This document shows, piece by piece, positions 56,869 to 64,000 of a DNA stretch of 64,000 nt (position 1 is the stretch's first letter; each line of letters begins with the position of its first letter). The stretch is from a virus. Made by a program: the position numbers and the translations under genes. The notes beneath the pieces were generated by a model. It did no database searches. It saw nothing but the letters and a program-made list of their open reading frames with translations, and was not told where the DNA came from. The stretch covers positions 32,001 through 96,000 of the IMG/VR virus record IMGVR_UViG_3300037840_000148. One strand, written 5' to 3'.

Positions 56869-57641
56869 CGAAAGCTCTCCGCAGTCCTTGCGCTGCCTTC
56901 AAACCACCCGTTGCACGTCTTACAGACATATCGTTGCTTCTGCCTTAGTGCTGTATAACTAAACCCGCGCTTCTGGATATCTTTCGAACTACACCGTGGG
57001 CATGCTTCCATCTGACCTTGATTGACGTTCGGATGGCCGGGTGCCCATGCTTGCATTAGATAATAAATCTGCTCTAGTAATTCAACGTCATGAGCGTTGT
57101 ACTGTTTCATCTGCGCCCATGCTTTCTTATCACCGAGCATGCAACCGCGCCACAAATGAAAACCTGTCGTTGGTAATTTACGGCCGATACCCAAGTAATG
57201 ACCGAGGTCATCTAATTTATTACTATCAAAACGAAATATTTTTCTTGCAATTTTCACTGTGTCTATGGTTTTATAAGGAGAAGGAGGGGCAAGTTTGTGT
57301 AAAATGAAACGAGTATTTGATTTTTTAATATCAAAATCGTCCCCATTATGTCCAACAATAATATCCGCATTATCAAATACCGTCCATAAATCTGCAATCA
57401 GTTTTCCGTCATTTTCCGGATCTTTTAGATATCCTGAATAATCAATCAACCCCTTCACATGAACCTTGTTTTGTCCTGCTATTTTATATGCGAAACTCAG
57501 CATATACCAATCTCGATCAAAATCGATTATTGTTTGATCATATTTACCCCAACAAAAACCTAAGCTGGGGGCTGTCTCCACATCTAAAAATACTATGCGG
57601 GCTGCTGAGGACTGTTGTGATTTATTAATCTTTTTATCCAA
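56865..57641 (-). CDS. RNase H-like / DnaQ-superfamily exonuclease with zinc ribbon
   Basis: LDVETAP, GHNGDDFD, SNKLD, YNAHDV; CPRC..CKTC. Confidence 0.85.
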   Translation of the reverse strand: MDKKINKSQQSSAARIVFLDVETAPSLGFCWGKYDQTIIDFDRDWYMLSFAYKIAGQNKVHVKGLIDYSGYLKDPENDGKLIADLWTVFDNADIIVGHNGDDFDIKKSNTRFILHKLAPPSPYKTIDTVKIARKIFRFDSNKLDDLGHYLGIGRKLPTTGFHLWRGCMLGDKKAWAQMKQYNAHDVELLEQIYYLMQAWAPGHPNVNQGQMEACPRCSSKDIQKRGFSYTALRQKQRYVCKTCNGWFEGSARTAESFR

Positions 57642-58306
57642 TTTTTAAACCCCTCTAATGACTGACTACTTTTAGCCCTATTACAAGGAGAACAACAGGG
57701 TACGCAGTTATCTAAGATATAGCCGATTTTATTATCAACCCGATCTATGCCGTTATAAACGTATGTACCGCTTGCGACTGATTTGGAAACTCCTTGAGGC
57801 TCTACACCACAATAGCGACAATTGCTTGATGTTAGAAATCTAAGCTCTTCCCTTGATAATTTAAAAACCAGACCTCTTTTATTATTCTTATAACTATAAA
57901 ACACCGCATTAAAAGCAGCATCTTTATTAAGGCGGGAGCATCCACAAGTTTTAATTTTCTTACTTCTAAGAGAATGGCTTCTAACTTCTACTTCTCGTCC
58001 ACAATCACACCTAACTTTCCAAAATACAACTCTATGTTTAGCATCTCCTCTTACCTCGCTCTCAGAAAGAACTACTAATTTTCCAAATCTTTTTCCTATT
58101 GGAATATTAATTCTTCTTTTCGCTCCATACTTTAAACAGCCACAACTAGAGGTTTTACCCGTACTTAATAACCAACTCCCAACTATTTTAGTTCCACCGC
58201 ACGAACACTTACATAACCACCAAACTTTATATTTAACTTTTCGCACTTTCTCGACAACTGTTAATCTTCCAAAAACTTTTCCAGTTAAATCTTTTAATTT
58301 AGCCAC
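57593..58306 (-). CDS. HNH homing endonuclease
   Basis: FGRLTV..WLCKCSCG repeats; CRYCG..NGIDRVDN..GY..NCVPCC..CN..K. Confidence 0.9.
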   Translation of the reverse strand: MAKLKDLTGKVFGRLTVVEKVRKVKYKVWWLCKCSCGGTKIVGSWLLSTGKTSSCGCLKYGAKRRINIPIGKRFGKLVVLSESEVRGDAKHRVVFWKVRCDCGREVEVRSHSLRSKKIKTCGCSRLNKDAAFNAVFYSYKNNKRGLVFKLSREELRFLTSSNCRYCGVEPQGVSKSVASGTYVYNGIDRVDNKIGYILDNCVPCCSPCNRAKSSQSLEGFKNWIKRLINHNSPQQPA

Positions 58307-58318
58307 CTCTTTCTTCTC

Positions 58319-58350
58319 TCCCAAAGTACTCTGCTATGCCACACCATTTA
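58319..58350 (-). promoter_or_regulatory. Phage-specific motif, copy 2
   Basis: TAAATGGTGTGGCA-TAGCAGAG-TAC-TT-TGGGA. Confidence 0.65.
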
Positions 58351-58536
58351 AATTTCTTTCCAAAAAGCAATCGGGATAATGATGGCCGCCGCTACCGCTA
58401 CATAAATCATGGCTGCGGTTATTAATTTATCCTCTAAACCACGAGATTGATGAAACATCGACGTGAAAGCAGCAGATAAAATAAGAAATGGTGCGTCTAC
58501 CGCCGATATAACAAAGATCTTATAGATTGTCTTCAT
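58348..58536 (-). CDS. Small two-helix membrane protein
   Basis: Two hydrophobic segments. Confidence 0.55.
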   Translation of the reverse strand: MKTIYKIFVISAVDAPFLILSAAFTSMFHQSRGLEDKLITAAMIYVAVAAAIIIPIAFWKEI

Positions 58537-58931
58537 AAAACTTTTTGATCCTTAAGATATTTCCTGTGTCGTTTAGTCCCAAACCGACCCGGAAACGTGA
58601 ATATCTCTCTACCTAATGCCTTGACCGCGGGCGGGTCAGTCAGGAACTCGGCCATCCTAGTTAACATCAACGCAACGTCTGTGCCTTTCGGCCACGTTCG
58701 TTCCATCCTGCCTATCGCTCTATTGCACGTCGAACACAGAAGCCCGCGAAAAATTCCTGTCCGGTGGCTGTGATCTGTAGCAAGACGCTTACCAGATTTC
58801 TGAGGTTTATGGCAAACGAAGCAAACGCCAAGCTGATACGATAATACGACATCCCACAGTTCCATCGTGAGGTTGAAAAATTTCTTTAACCGCTGCTCGC
58901 GTGCCCTTTCTTTCGACTTTTGATTTGCCAT
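58533..58931 (-). CDS. Recombination endonuclease VII-like
   Basis: Q.G.CFVC..LATDHSH.TG..RGLLC..CN..IG. Confidence 0.9.
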   Translation of the reverse strand: MANQKSKERAREQRLKKFFNLTMELWDVVLSYQLGVCFVCHKPQKSGKRLATDHSHRTGIFRGLLCSTCNRAIGRMERTWPKGTDVALMLTRMAEFLTDPPAVKALGREIFTFPGRFGTKRHRKYLKDQKVL

Positions 58932-58962
58932 CCCACGGTAGGAGGGAATGCCACACCATTTT
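58931..58962 (-). promoter_or_regulatory. Phage-specific motif, copy 3
   Basis: AAAATGGTGTGGCA-TTCCCTCC-TAC-CG-TGGGA; final A is the Endo VII start codon. Confidence 0.65.
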
Positions 58963-59047
58963 AGCCGTCTGGGAGGGGGACAAATTCACATCAGGTGTCT
59001 ACAACTTTTCCGACGATTTTGGCTAGCCGGAAATTCAGTTTAGAGGT

Positions 59048-59072
59048 AAAAATACCCCAAAATGGGTAAAAA
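59048..59072 (-). terminator. Possible intrinsic terminator at end of early gene run
   Basis: TACCC-6nt-GGGTA followed by T5 just after the stop at 59075; stem is short. Confidence 0.3.
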
Positions 59073-59074
59073 TG

Positions 59075-59356
59075 TTACAACACGGCTTCTCCGCGTGTAT
59101 CACCATAGAACTGCGTCACGGACCTGCTTGTATCTACACCGATAGCGTGCTTCCGGGCGCATCCAGAGCAATAATATGCCTTCGGGGTGTTTTGATCCAT
59201 ATCGGCGTAAACTTCGTCACAGCGGCCTTCTAATAGCCCTGTACTGGCACTCCTGTAAGGCAAGGAGCCTGCCAGCTTGTATTCCTGACAGCCTGAGCAA
59301 ATGACTGAGAATGATTCGCCTTCGACTAGTTGGAATGACATCACGCCACCATCCAA
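59075..59356 (-). CDS. Hypothetical zinc-binding protein
   Basis: CSGC..CSGC. Confidence 0.55.
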   Translation of the reverse strand: MDGGVMSFQLVEGESFSVICSGCQEYKLAGSLPYRSASTGLLEGRCDEVYADMDQNTPKAYYCSGCARKHAIGVDTSRSVTQFYGDTRGEAVL

Positions 59357-59802
59357 TCAGGGACTTTGACAAACCGTCGAAAGAACCAACGATCAGGAGA
59401 CATTATTTTTGGGGTTCGATGATGGACAGACTTATTTCGAATCAAAAGAACGTCGCCGGGAACGGCATTCAAGATTGTATCATCAGGGAGTTTTATTTCG
59501 GTTTGTTCACGATTAGACCACAAGACCATTCCGAGACTCGGGTCATTATCGATTGGCATATCTTGGTGCCATTGCGGAAAACCTGCATAGCCTTTTGTGT
59601 AATTTTCTGGTGATCTGACTTCCGCATCTATGCCGTCATGCCAATCAGCGGACGGCCATGAACCTTTTTTAAAACCTATGAGATTTTGGTCGATAGTAAT
59701 TTTAACAAGATGTCCGGCTATCTTTTTACTATCAAGTTTTCGCGGATTATACTTCCCAATAACCGCGACTCCTGGTGCAAGCATTTTAGGATAGGACTTC
59801 AT
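59341..59802 (-). CDS. Putative 2OG-Fe(II) dioxygenase-fold protein
   Basis: WHQD..PGDVLL..HHRTP..RWF (HxD..H..R). Confidence 0.6.
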   Translation of the reverse strand: MKSYPKMLAPGVAVIGKYNPRKLDSKKIAGHLVKITIDQNLIGFKKGSWPSADWHDGIDAEVRSPENYTKGYAGFPQWHQDMPIDNDPSLGMVLWSNREQTEIKLPDDTILNAVPGDVLLIRNKSVHHRTPKIMSPDRWFFRRFVKVPDWMVA

Positions 59803-60047
59803 TATTTGCCCGCCTTTCTTCGCGCTGACGCTTGCCGCACGGCCTTGATGTGGTCGCAATTCCTTCGCCGTCCGGTCTCGATGAATAGCTGCGCTTCACA
59901 ATCACACAGCCACCTTTCCATCCCGGCCTTGCGGATATAAATAACGTTGTGTTCTTTCTCTGGTGTACTACGTGACTCGACTTTTGCGTACAGCCTGACG
60001 CCGTGACGCTGATGGTTCTTTTCAGGGTGAAACATTTTGATTTTCAT
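59802..60047 (-). CDS. SWIM zinc-finger protein
   Basis: WLCDC..CDHIKAV. Confidence 0.75.
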   Translation of the reverse strand: MKIKMFHPEKNHQRHGVRLYAKVESRSTPEKEHNVIYIRKAGMERWLCDCEAQLFIETGRRRNCDHIKAVRQASARRKAGK

Positions 60048-60066
60048 TTTATCCTCCTGATTTTAT

Positions 60067-60564
60067 TTATTCAGATTTTGGAAAAATAGTCTTACCATCC
60101 CACGGACACCCCTCATGACATACCTTCGCATGAACTAATGTTGCTAAGTCCGCGTACGCCTTCTGCCAGTCCGCGTACGCCTTCTGCCAGTCCGCGTACG
60201 CCTTCTGCCAGTCCGCGTCCGCCTTCTGCCAGTCCGCGTACGCCTTCTGCCAGTCCGCGTACGCCTTCTGCCAGTCCGCGTCCGCCTTCTGCCTGTCCGC
60301 GTACGCCTTCTTATGTTTTCTTAATTGTGCGTCTGAAACTGGACGAAATAAACGAAGACGTAAGGCTTGTTCGTGTTGTGACTTTGAAGACAAAATATAA
60401 CTAATACGATTCTCGGCGTCTTCTTGGAGTGGTTCTCCTAAAACTTCATGGTGACAATGCAAAACAAGTGCGCCAATTTTGGTTTTTGCAAAAGCCTTTC
60501 GGCAAGCTTTTGCTTCTTCTTCGATTGATTTCAATTTTAACTTCTTTGTCTTTTTGAGTTTCAT
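60067..60564 (-). CDS. Phage protein with ADWQKAY heptad repeats
   Basis: HCHHE..E..RLRL..H..C..CPWDG frame around repeat. Confidence 0.7.
   Translation of the reverse strand: MKLKKTKKLKLKSIEEEAKACRKAFAKTKIGALVLHCHHEVLGEPLQEDAENRISYILSSKSQHEQALRLRLFRPVSDAQLRKHKKAYADRQKADADWQKAYADWQKAYADWQKADADWQKAYADWQKAYADWQKAYADLATLVHAKVCHEGCPWDGKTIFPKSE
60147..60310. repeat. 21-bp tandem repeat, about 8 copies
   Basis: Unit agtccgcgt(a/c)cgccttctgcc. Confidence 0.95.
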
Positions 60565-60580
60565 TTTAATTTCCTTTTCA

Positions 60581-60787
60581 CTAGATTTTAACAATCTTGA
60601 CCTGAGTGTGTCGTTTGACGCTGACGGGCTCCTTCCGGCGGTCCCGTAGCTGTTCACTCCCGCCGCTTGTGTCACGCTGGACTGTGACGAAACGGAATGG
60701 GTGCTTCGGGCAGATGAATGTCTTCAAGCCGTCGCCGCGGCCTTTCAATGCTTCTCCGCAAGTAGCGCAAGTATATTGTTTTGCCAT
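60581..60787 (-). CDS. Small zinc-ribbon protein
   Basis: CATC..CPKH; SD AAGGAG. Confidence 0.6.
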   Translation of the reverse strand: MAKQYTCATCGEALKGRGDGLKTFICPKHPFRFVTVQRDTSGGSEQLRDRRKEPVSVKRHTQVKIVKI

Positions 60788-60788
60788 A

Positions 60789-60983
60789 TTATTTCTCCTT
60801 TCTTGAAATTAAATCGACTGCCGCACCGGCGGAAAATTCTATGACGGTTTGTTGCCAATATTCAATCGTGTCTTCGTCTAACGGCTGACCAAAGTGGAAA
60901 CTGATTGTGACTTCCTCGCATCCCGGCAACAAGCCTGCGGATTGGTCGCCGTGCCAACGGGCTTCGAATTTTAGTTCAGTCAT
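60789..60983 (-). CDS. Hypothetical protein
   Basis: 64 aa, GDQSAGL. Confidence 0.6.
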   Translation of the reverse strand: MTELKFEARWHGDQSAGLLPGCEEVTISFHFGQPLDEDTIEYWQQTVIEFSAGAAVDLISRKEK

Positions 60984-61182
60984 CGTTCTCTAACTCCTCT
61001 GTTTCGATGATTTCCGTTTCTTCCAGATTGTGATCGTAATAGTTGAATTCTATTTCTTCATTGTGTGCCATCACGAGAGCCTTTTCTTCTGCTTCATTCA
61101 GACTCGTGGCTTCGACGTTGATGTATGCATACAAACGTGTCGGGATGTTCAGTTCGACTTTGTATATTCGTTGTTGTGTCAT
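60976..61182 (-). CDS. Hypothetical acidic protein
   Basis: VEATSLNEAEEKA; SD AAGGAG. Confidence 0.65.
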   Translation of the reverse strand: MTQQRIYKVELNIPTRLYAYINVEATSLNEAEEKALVMAHNEEIEFNYYDHNLEETEIIETEELENDD

Positions 61183-61209
61183 GTTTCTCCTTTTTAATAA
61201 TTTAGTAAT

Positions 61210-61800
61210 CTAGTAATCAATTGCTTCCTGCCGCGTGATAAAGAAATGAATCCCAGGCGAGCACTCGACACGCGGATCGTTGTCCCATTCATCAGGAACA
61301 ACTAACGCGCCCGGTTTGTATTCAAACTCAGGATTGTGTTGACTGAAACCTTGGCCTTCCACTACGATTGCCTTGGACGCCCTGCACTTTCGTCCTGTGT
61401 ATCCGCCGACACGCTCGGCATCCTCTGGGATATAGAGTTTCACGATTGTTTTATCGTATAATTTCTTGAAACCTATGAATGAACCTTCTTCGGGCACAAT
61501 GGAATAAATGCCTGTCGCGCCGCTGAGGTTCGCGCTGCGGAGGTTCGCGCTGCGGAGGTCCGCGCTGCGGAGGTCCGCGCCGCGGAGGTTCGCGCCGCTG
61601 AGGTCCGCAGCGCGGAGGTCCGCGCCGCGGAGGTCCGCGCCGCTGAGGTTCGCGCTGCGGAGGTTCGCGCTGCGGAGGTCCGCGCTGCGGAGGTCCGCGC
61701 CGCTTTTGATAGCGGCGAGAATCAAAGCACGGAAACTCTCTGCTTCATCTTGATAAATTACGGCTCCGGTCCATCGATTCTTGATTTCAGATTTTGGCAT
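61210..61800 (-). CDS. Pentapeptide-repeat protein with DUF5758-like C-domain
   Basis: IKNRWTG, A(D/N)L(R/S)x repeats, [23 protein letters not shown]. Confidence 0.9.
   Translation of the reverse strand: MPKSEIKNRWTGAVIYQDEAESFRALILAAIKSGADLRSADLRSANLRSANLSGADLRGADLRAADLSGANLRGADLRSADLRSANLRSANLSGATGIYSIVPEEGSFIGFKKLYDKTIVKLYIPEDAERVGGYTGRKCRASKAIVVEGQGFSQHNPEFEYKPGALVVPDEWDNDPRVECSPGIHFFITRQEAIDY
61516..61702. repeat. 15-bp tandem repeat encoding pentapeptides
   Basis: cgcgctgcggaggt(t/c) and variants, about 12 copies. Confidence 0.9.
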
Positions 61801-62143
61801 TGTCGTTTCCTTTCGATTTGATTACTTTAATTGGGTACGCTTCCGTGTCTAATACCATACCATCAAAATACATATCCCGCTCGGCGGGGAGGCCAAAATT
61901 GCCTCTTGCTTCCTGCAATTCAGACAGCCTGAAATAGCCTAATTCTGATTCCAAACCCTCGACGAGCCCGAAGAATTCCCAATCACCGTTTTCTAATTTG
62001 TCGCCTTCTGTTACATACCACGTCCAACTTGAATCAGGCGTGAAAAATTTGACAATCACTTTCGGGTATTTTGCGCCGTCGTATGAACCTAACGGAGATT
62101 TTTCGAGTTGTTTGATAATCGCGCTTGTTAAAAGTTTCATCAT
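61787..62143 (-). CDS. DUF2958-like protein
   Basis: VKFFTP..WTWY.TE..FGLV.G.E.ELGYF.L.EL..ERD.YF. Confidence 0.85.
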   Translation of the reverse strand: MMKLLTSAIIKQLEKSPLGSYDGAKYPKVIVKFFTPDSSWTWYVTEGDKLENGDWEFFGLVEGLESELGYFRLSELQEARGNFGLPAERDMYFDGMVLDTEAYPIKVIKSKGNDNAKI

Positions 62144-62358
62144 TTCACCGCCTTCTGGTATTCACGATACCGGACAAGAATGTTACCGTGTCCGAATTTA
62201 AAATGGTTTCTATTAACCCAATCAAGAAATGAGTAGGCTGTTTTGTATTCCACTCCGGTCATTTGTTCCTCGACCAGATACAAAGTTTCATTTGGATTGT
62301 AGCTGCCTGTCGTGCTGACAGCCACTAAAAGCAATGAGGCGAGTCTGGGTGTCATCAC
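62140..62358 (-). CDS. Hypothetical protein
   Basis: 72 aa, FGHGNI. Confidence 0.55.
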   Translation of the reverse strand: MMTPRLASLLLVAVSTTGSYNPNETLYLVEEQMTGVEYKTAYSFLDWVNRNHFKFGHGNILVRYREYQKAVK

Positions 62359-62552
62359 TTCACCTTCGCAATCTTGCCGTCAACCATCGTGACTTCCGCG
62401 AACCACTTCCGCTCGTAAGGTGACGGCCCGACGACACAGAACTTCCCCGTTTCTTTGTACTCTGGGCCGAATGCGCTTGTCTCGATGAAACGCAACGGCT
62501 GACCGACTGCGGCTTTCAAGTCTTTCTTTGTCTTGTAGCTGGCTCCCATCAT
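62355..62552 (-). CDS. Conserved small phage protein
   Basis: YKTKKDLKAAVG..ETS.FG.E..KWFA.V. Confidence 0.7.
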   Translation of the reverse strand: MMGASYKTKKDLKAAVGQPLRFIETSAFGPEYKETGKFCVVGPSPYERKWFAEVTMVDGKIAKVK

Positions 62553-62572
62553 TGGCGTTTCCTCCTATTGAG

Positions 62573-62601
62573 AGATTAACAAAGATTGAAAATCATGTCA
62601 A
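62573..62601 (-). promoter_or_regulatory. Early sigma70 promoter
   Basis: TTGACA-N17-TAATCT with TGn. Confidence 0.65.
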
Positions 62602-62927
62602 GACATTTCTGAGAATATTTCAATAATCTTTTCGATACCTTTGTCGAATGATCCTGCTTCCTTTTGCCAGCCGTATGTTCCGTTATCTCGCAATGCGCCA
62701 GTAATGTAGACTTGCGGGAAACCTGCGGTCTCGCCATTACTGGCTCGTGAAATATCATACCGGATATTGAAACTACCAATTTTCTGACTACCCTCGACTT
62801 CATTACGGCACAGGCTATGATTGCCGTAGAAAACACTGACGCCACGTTGTTCTAATTGGCGTTTGATCGTTTGCAGCCTGTTATAGATTCGGCTGTTGAT
62901 TTGTTTCTGTGATAGTCCGGCTCCCAT
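62598..62927 (-). CDS. Hypothetical protein
   Basis: SD AGGAGG. Confidence 0.6.
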   Translation of the reverse strand: MGAGLSQKQINSRIYNRLQTIKRQLEQRGVSVFYGNHSLCRNEVEGSQKIGSFNIRYDISRASNGETAGFPQVYITGALRDNGTYGWQKEAGSFDKGIEKIIEIFSEMS

Positions 62928-62947
62928 CGGTGTTTCCTCCTATCAAG

Positions 62948-62976
62948 AGTATCGCAAATTCCGGTTTCGGTGTCAA
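62948..62976 (-). promoter_or_regulatory. Early sigma70 promoter
   Basis: TTGACA-N17-GATACT. Confidence 0.6.
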
Positions 62977-62995
62977 GGACTTTCTTAAATTATTT

Positions 62996-63313
62996 TTACC
63001 AAGGGTCCGTGTCTTGTTTACAAGCTTGTTTGATAGCCAGATCAAATTCTCGTGACTTATCTGAGCCCGGTTCTAGAACATGGTTTAATATTGAATAGAT
63101 TTGTCCGACATTGACGTTTCGTTCCAGCAATGGTTCATTCAATGGAATGTACCGTTTGTAGACTGTCCAGCCCGACACTGTATCCGCAGAAATACGGTGT
63201 GCCTCGACGTTCCAATTTTCGTTAGCGTATTTATTCAACTGCAGGACTAGCTCTTGATGGTCGCGCCACTCGACACCGATAAATTCGTACCGCGTTTTAC
63301 GTTCATAGCTCAT
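62996..63313 (-). CDS. Hypothetical protein
   Basis: SD GAGGAG. Confidence 0.6.
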   Translation of the reverse strand: MSYERKTRYEFIGVEWRDHQELVLQLNKYANENWNVEAHRISADTVSGWTVYKRYIPLNEPLLERNVNVGQIYSILNHVLEPGSDKSREFDLAIKQACKQDTDPW

Positions 63314-63450
63314 TTGTTTTTCTCCTCTCGTTCCTGTTCAAGAATCCACTTGACTGCTTCGCGCTTTAAATTGAAACGCCGGATAAATTCGTTAAGCAGA
63401 TAAACGTCCCACCACTTACCGTGAGTCTGCCGGATGATTTTGTATTTCAT
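63310..63450 (-). CDS. 46-aa hypothetical protein
   Basis: MKYKIIRQTHGKWWDVY...; ATGA coupling on both sides. Confidence 0.5.
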   Translation of the reverse strand: MKYKIIRQTHGKWWDVYLLNEFIRRFNLKREAVKWILEQEREEKNK

Positions 63451-63638
63451 CGCGTTGTCATTTTTCCTGATTCATCCTCGACTTCAATTATAAAATCAAA
63501 TTGCGGCTGCAGAATTTTTAATCTTTCGAGTGCCGCCAATGCGTTTGCTTCAAAACCAAATGGGCCTTCCCACGTTATGCGGCAATGACTCTGTTTGCCA
63601 TAATCAATGTCTTGGATGACGTAATAAATTTTTGACAT
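63447..63638 (-). CDS. Hypothetical protein
   Basis: SD GGAGG; TAATG coupling. Confidence 0.55.
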   Translation of the reverse strand: MSKIYYVIQDIDYGKQSHCRITWEGPFGFEANALAALERLKILQPQFDFIIEVEDESGKMTTR

Positions 63639-63970
63639 TAGCGTGCCTCCAATCGATTCAGACGTTCCCAAAGTTCATTTATTTGTCCCTGTGTAATCGC
63701 GGGCTTCTCCGGTTGTTGTTCCGGTATTTCCAGCTTGTATACTAAACGGACGAGGCTTCGCGGTCCTGAAATTGAGCCTGCGTCATGGATTACGCCGTCG
63801 ATTAAAGCTTGTGCGTGGCTTCTGGTAATCAGGATGTAACGGCCTTGTTTAAACTTAAACAGAATATCCTGCAGTGTCGGATAAAGCTTCCGGTAAGTCC
63901 GGCTGGTGATGTCAAACGTCCTGATAAATTCAAACTTCGCGCCGACTGCAGGAATGGCCTTGTCCAGCAT
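63638..63970 (-). CDS. Hypothetical protein (frame open to window edge)
   Basis: H..A..DG.IHD motif. Confidence 0.55.
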   Translation of the reverse strand: MLDKAIPAVGAKFEFIRTFDITSRTYRKLYPTLQDILFKFKQGRYILITRSHAQALIDGVIHDAGSISGPRSLVRLVYKLEIPEQQPEKPAITQGQINELWERLNRLEAR

Positions 63971-64000
63971 AAATGTCTTCGAGCCTTTACGGTCCCGACG

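Noticed and set aside
60147-60310. Possible CRISPR array
   Set aside because: Units are contiguous with no unique spacers and encode an in-frame heptad repeat
1-64000. Stop-codon reassignment, tRNAs, DGR or retron
   Set aside because: Genes are full length in code 11; no cloverleaf or reverse transcriptase motif seen by eye

Overview
The whole window is bacteriophage DNA (standard genetic code, no tRNA, rRNA or CRISPR seen). The left arm (1-13.8 kb, + strand) is the end of a podovirus-like virion operon: a tail-fibre-like gene cut by the window edge, a signal-peptide beta-helix protein, three ejection-protein-like genes ending in a 1735-aa multidomain protein, and a GT-A glycosyltransferase. 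The rest (13.8-64 kb, - strand) converges on it. From the right it carries small early genes; replication and nucleotide genes (Endo VII, exonucleases, dNMP kinase, GroES, SSB, primase-polymerase, ThyX, class II RNR with intein, MazG-like, PolA, annealing protein, UvrD with intein); a glycosylation cluster; a GH108 endolysin; a lytic transglycosylase; an AAA+ ATPase and a tyrosine recombinase. Three things stand out. (1) A soluble glycan-building set resembling the histo-blood-group pathway: gmd, fcl, GT11, GT6 with A-type residues, GT31-like, GT12-like, GT2, plus a GT13-like gene in the virion operon. It may glycosylate the virion. (2) Small genes overprinted in the +1 frame inside the 1735-aa gene, each right after a predicted enzyme domain; one has its own near-consensus internal sigma70 promoter and strong SD. 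These are candidate nested antidotes. (3) A three-copy non-sigma70 motif, AAATGGTGTGGCA-N8-TAC-NN-TGGGA, probably a phage-specific promoter. All family calls come from motifs recognised by eye; no searches were run.
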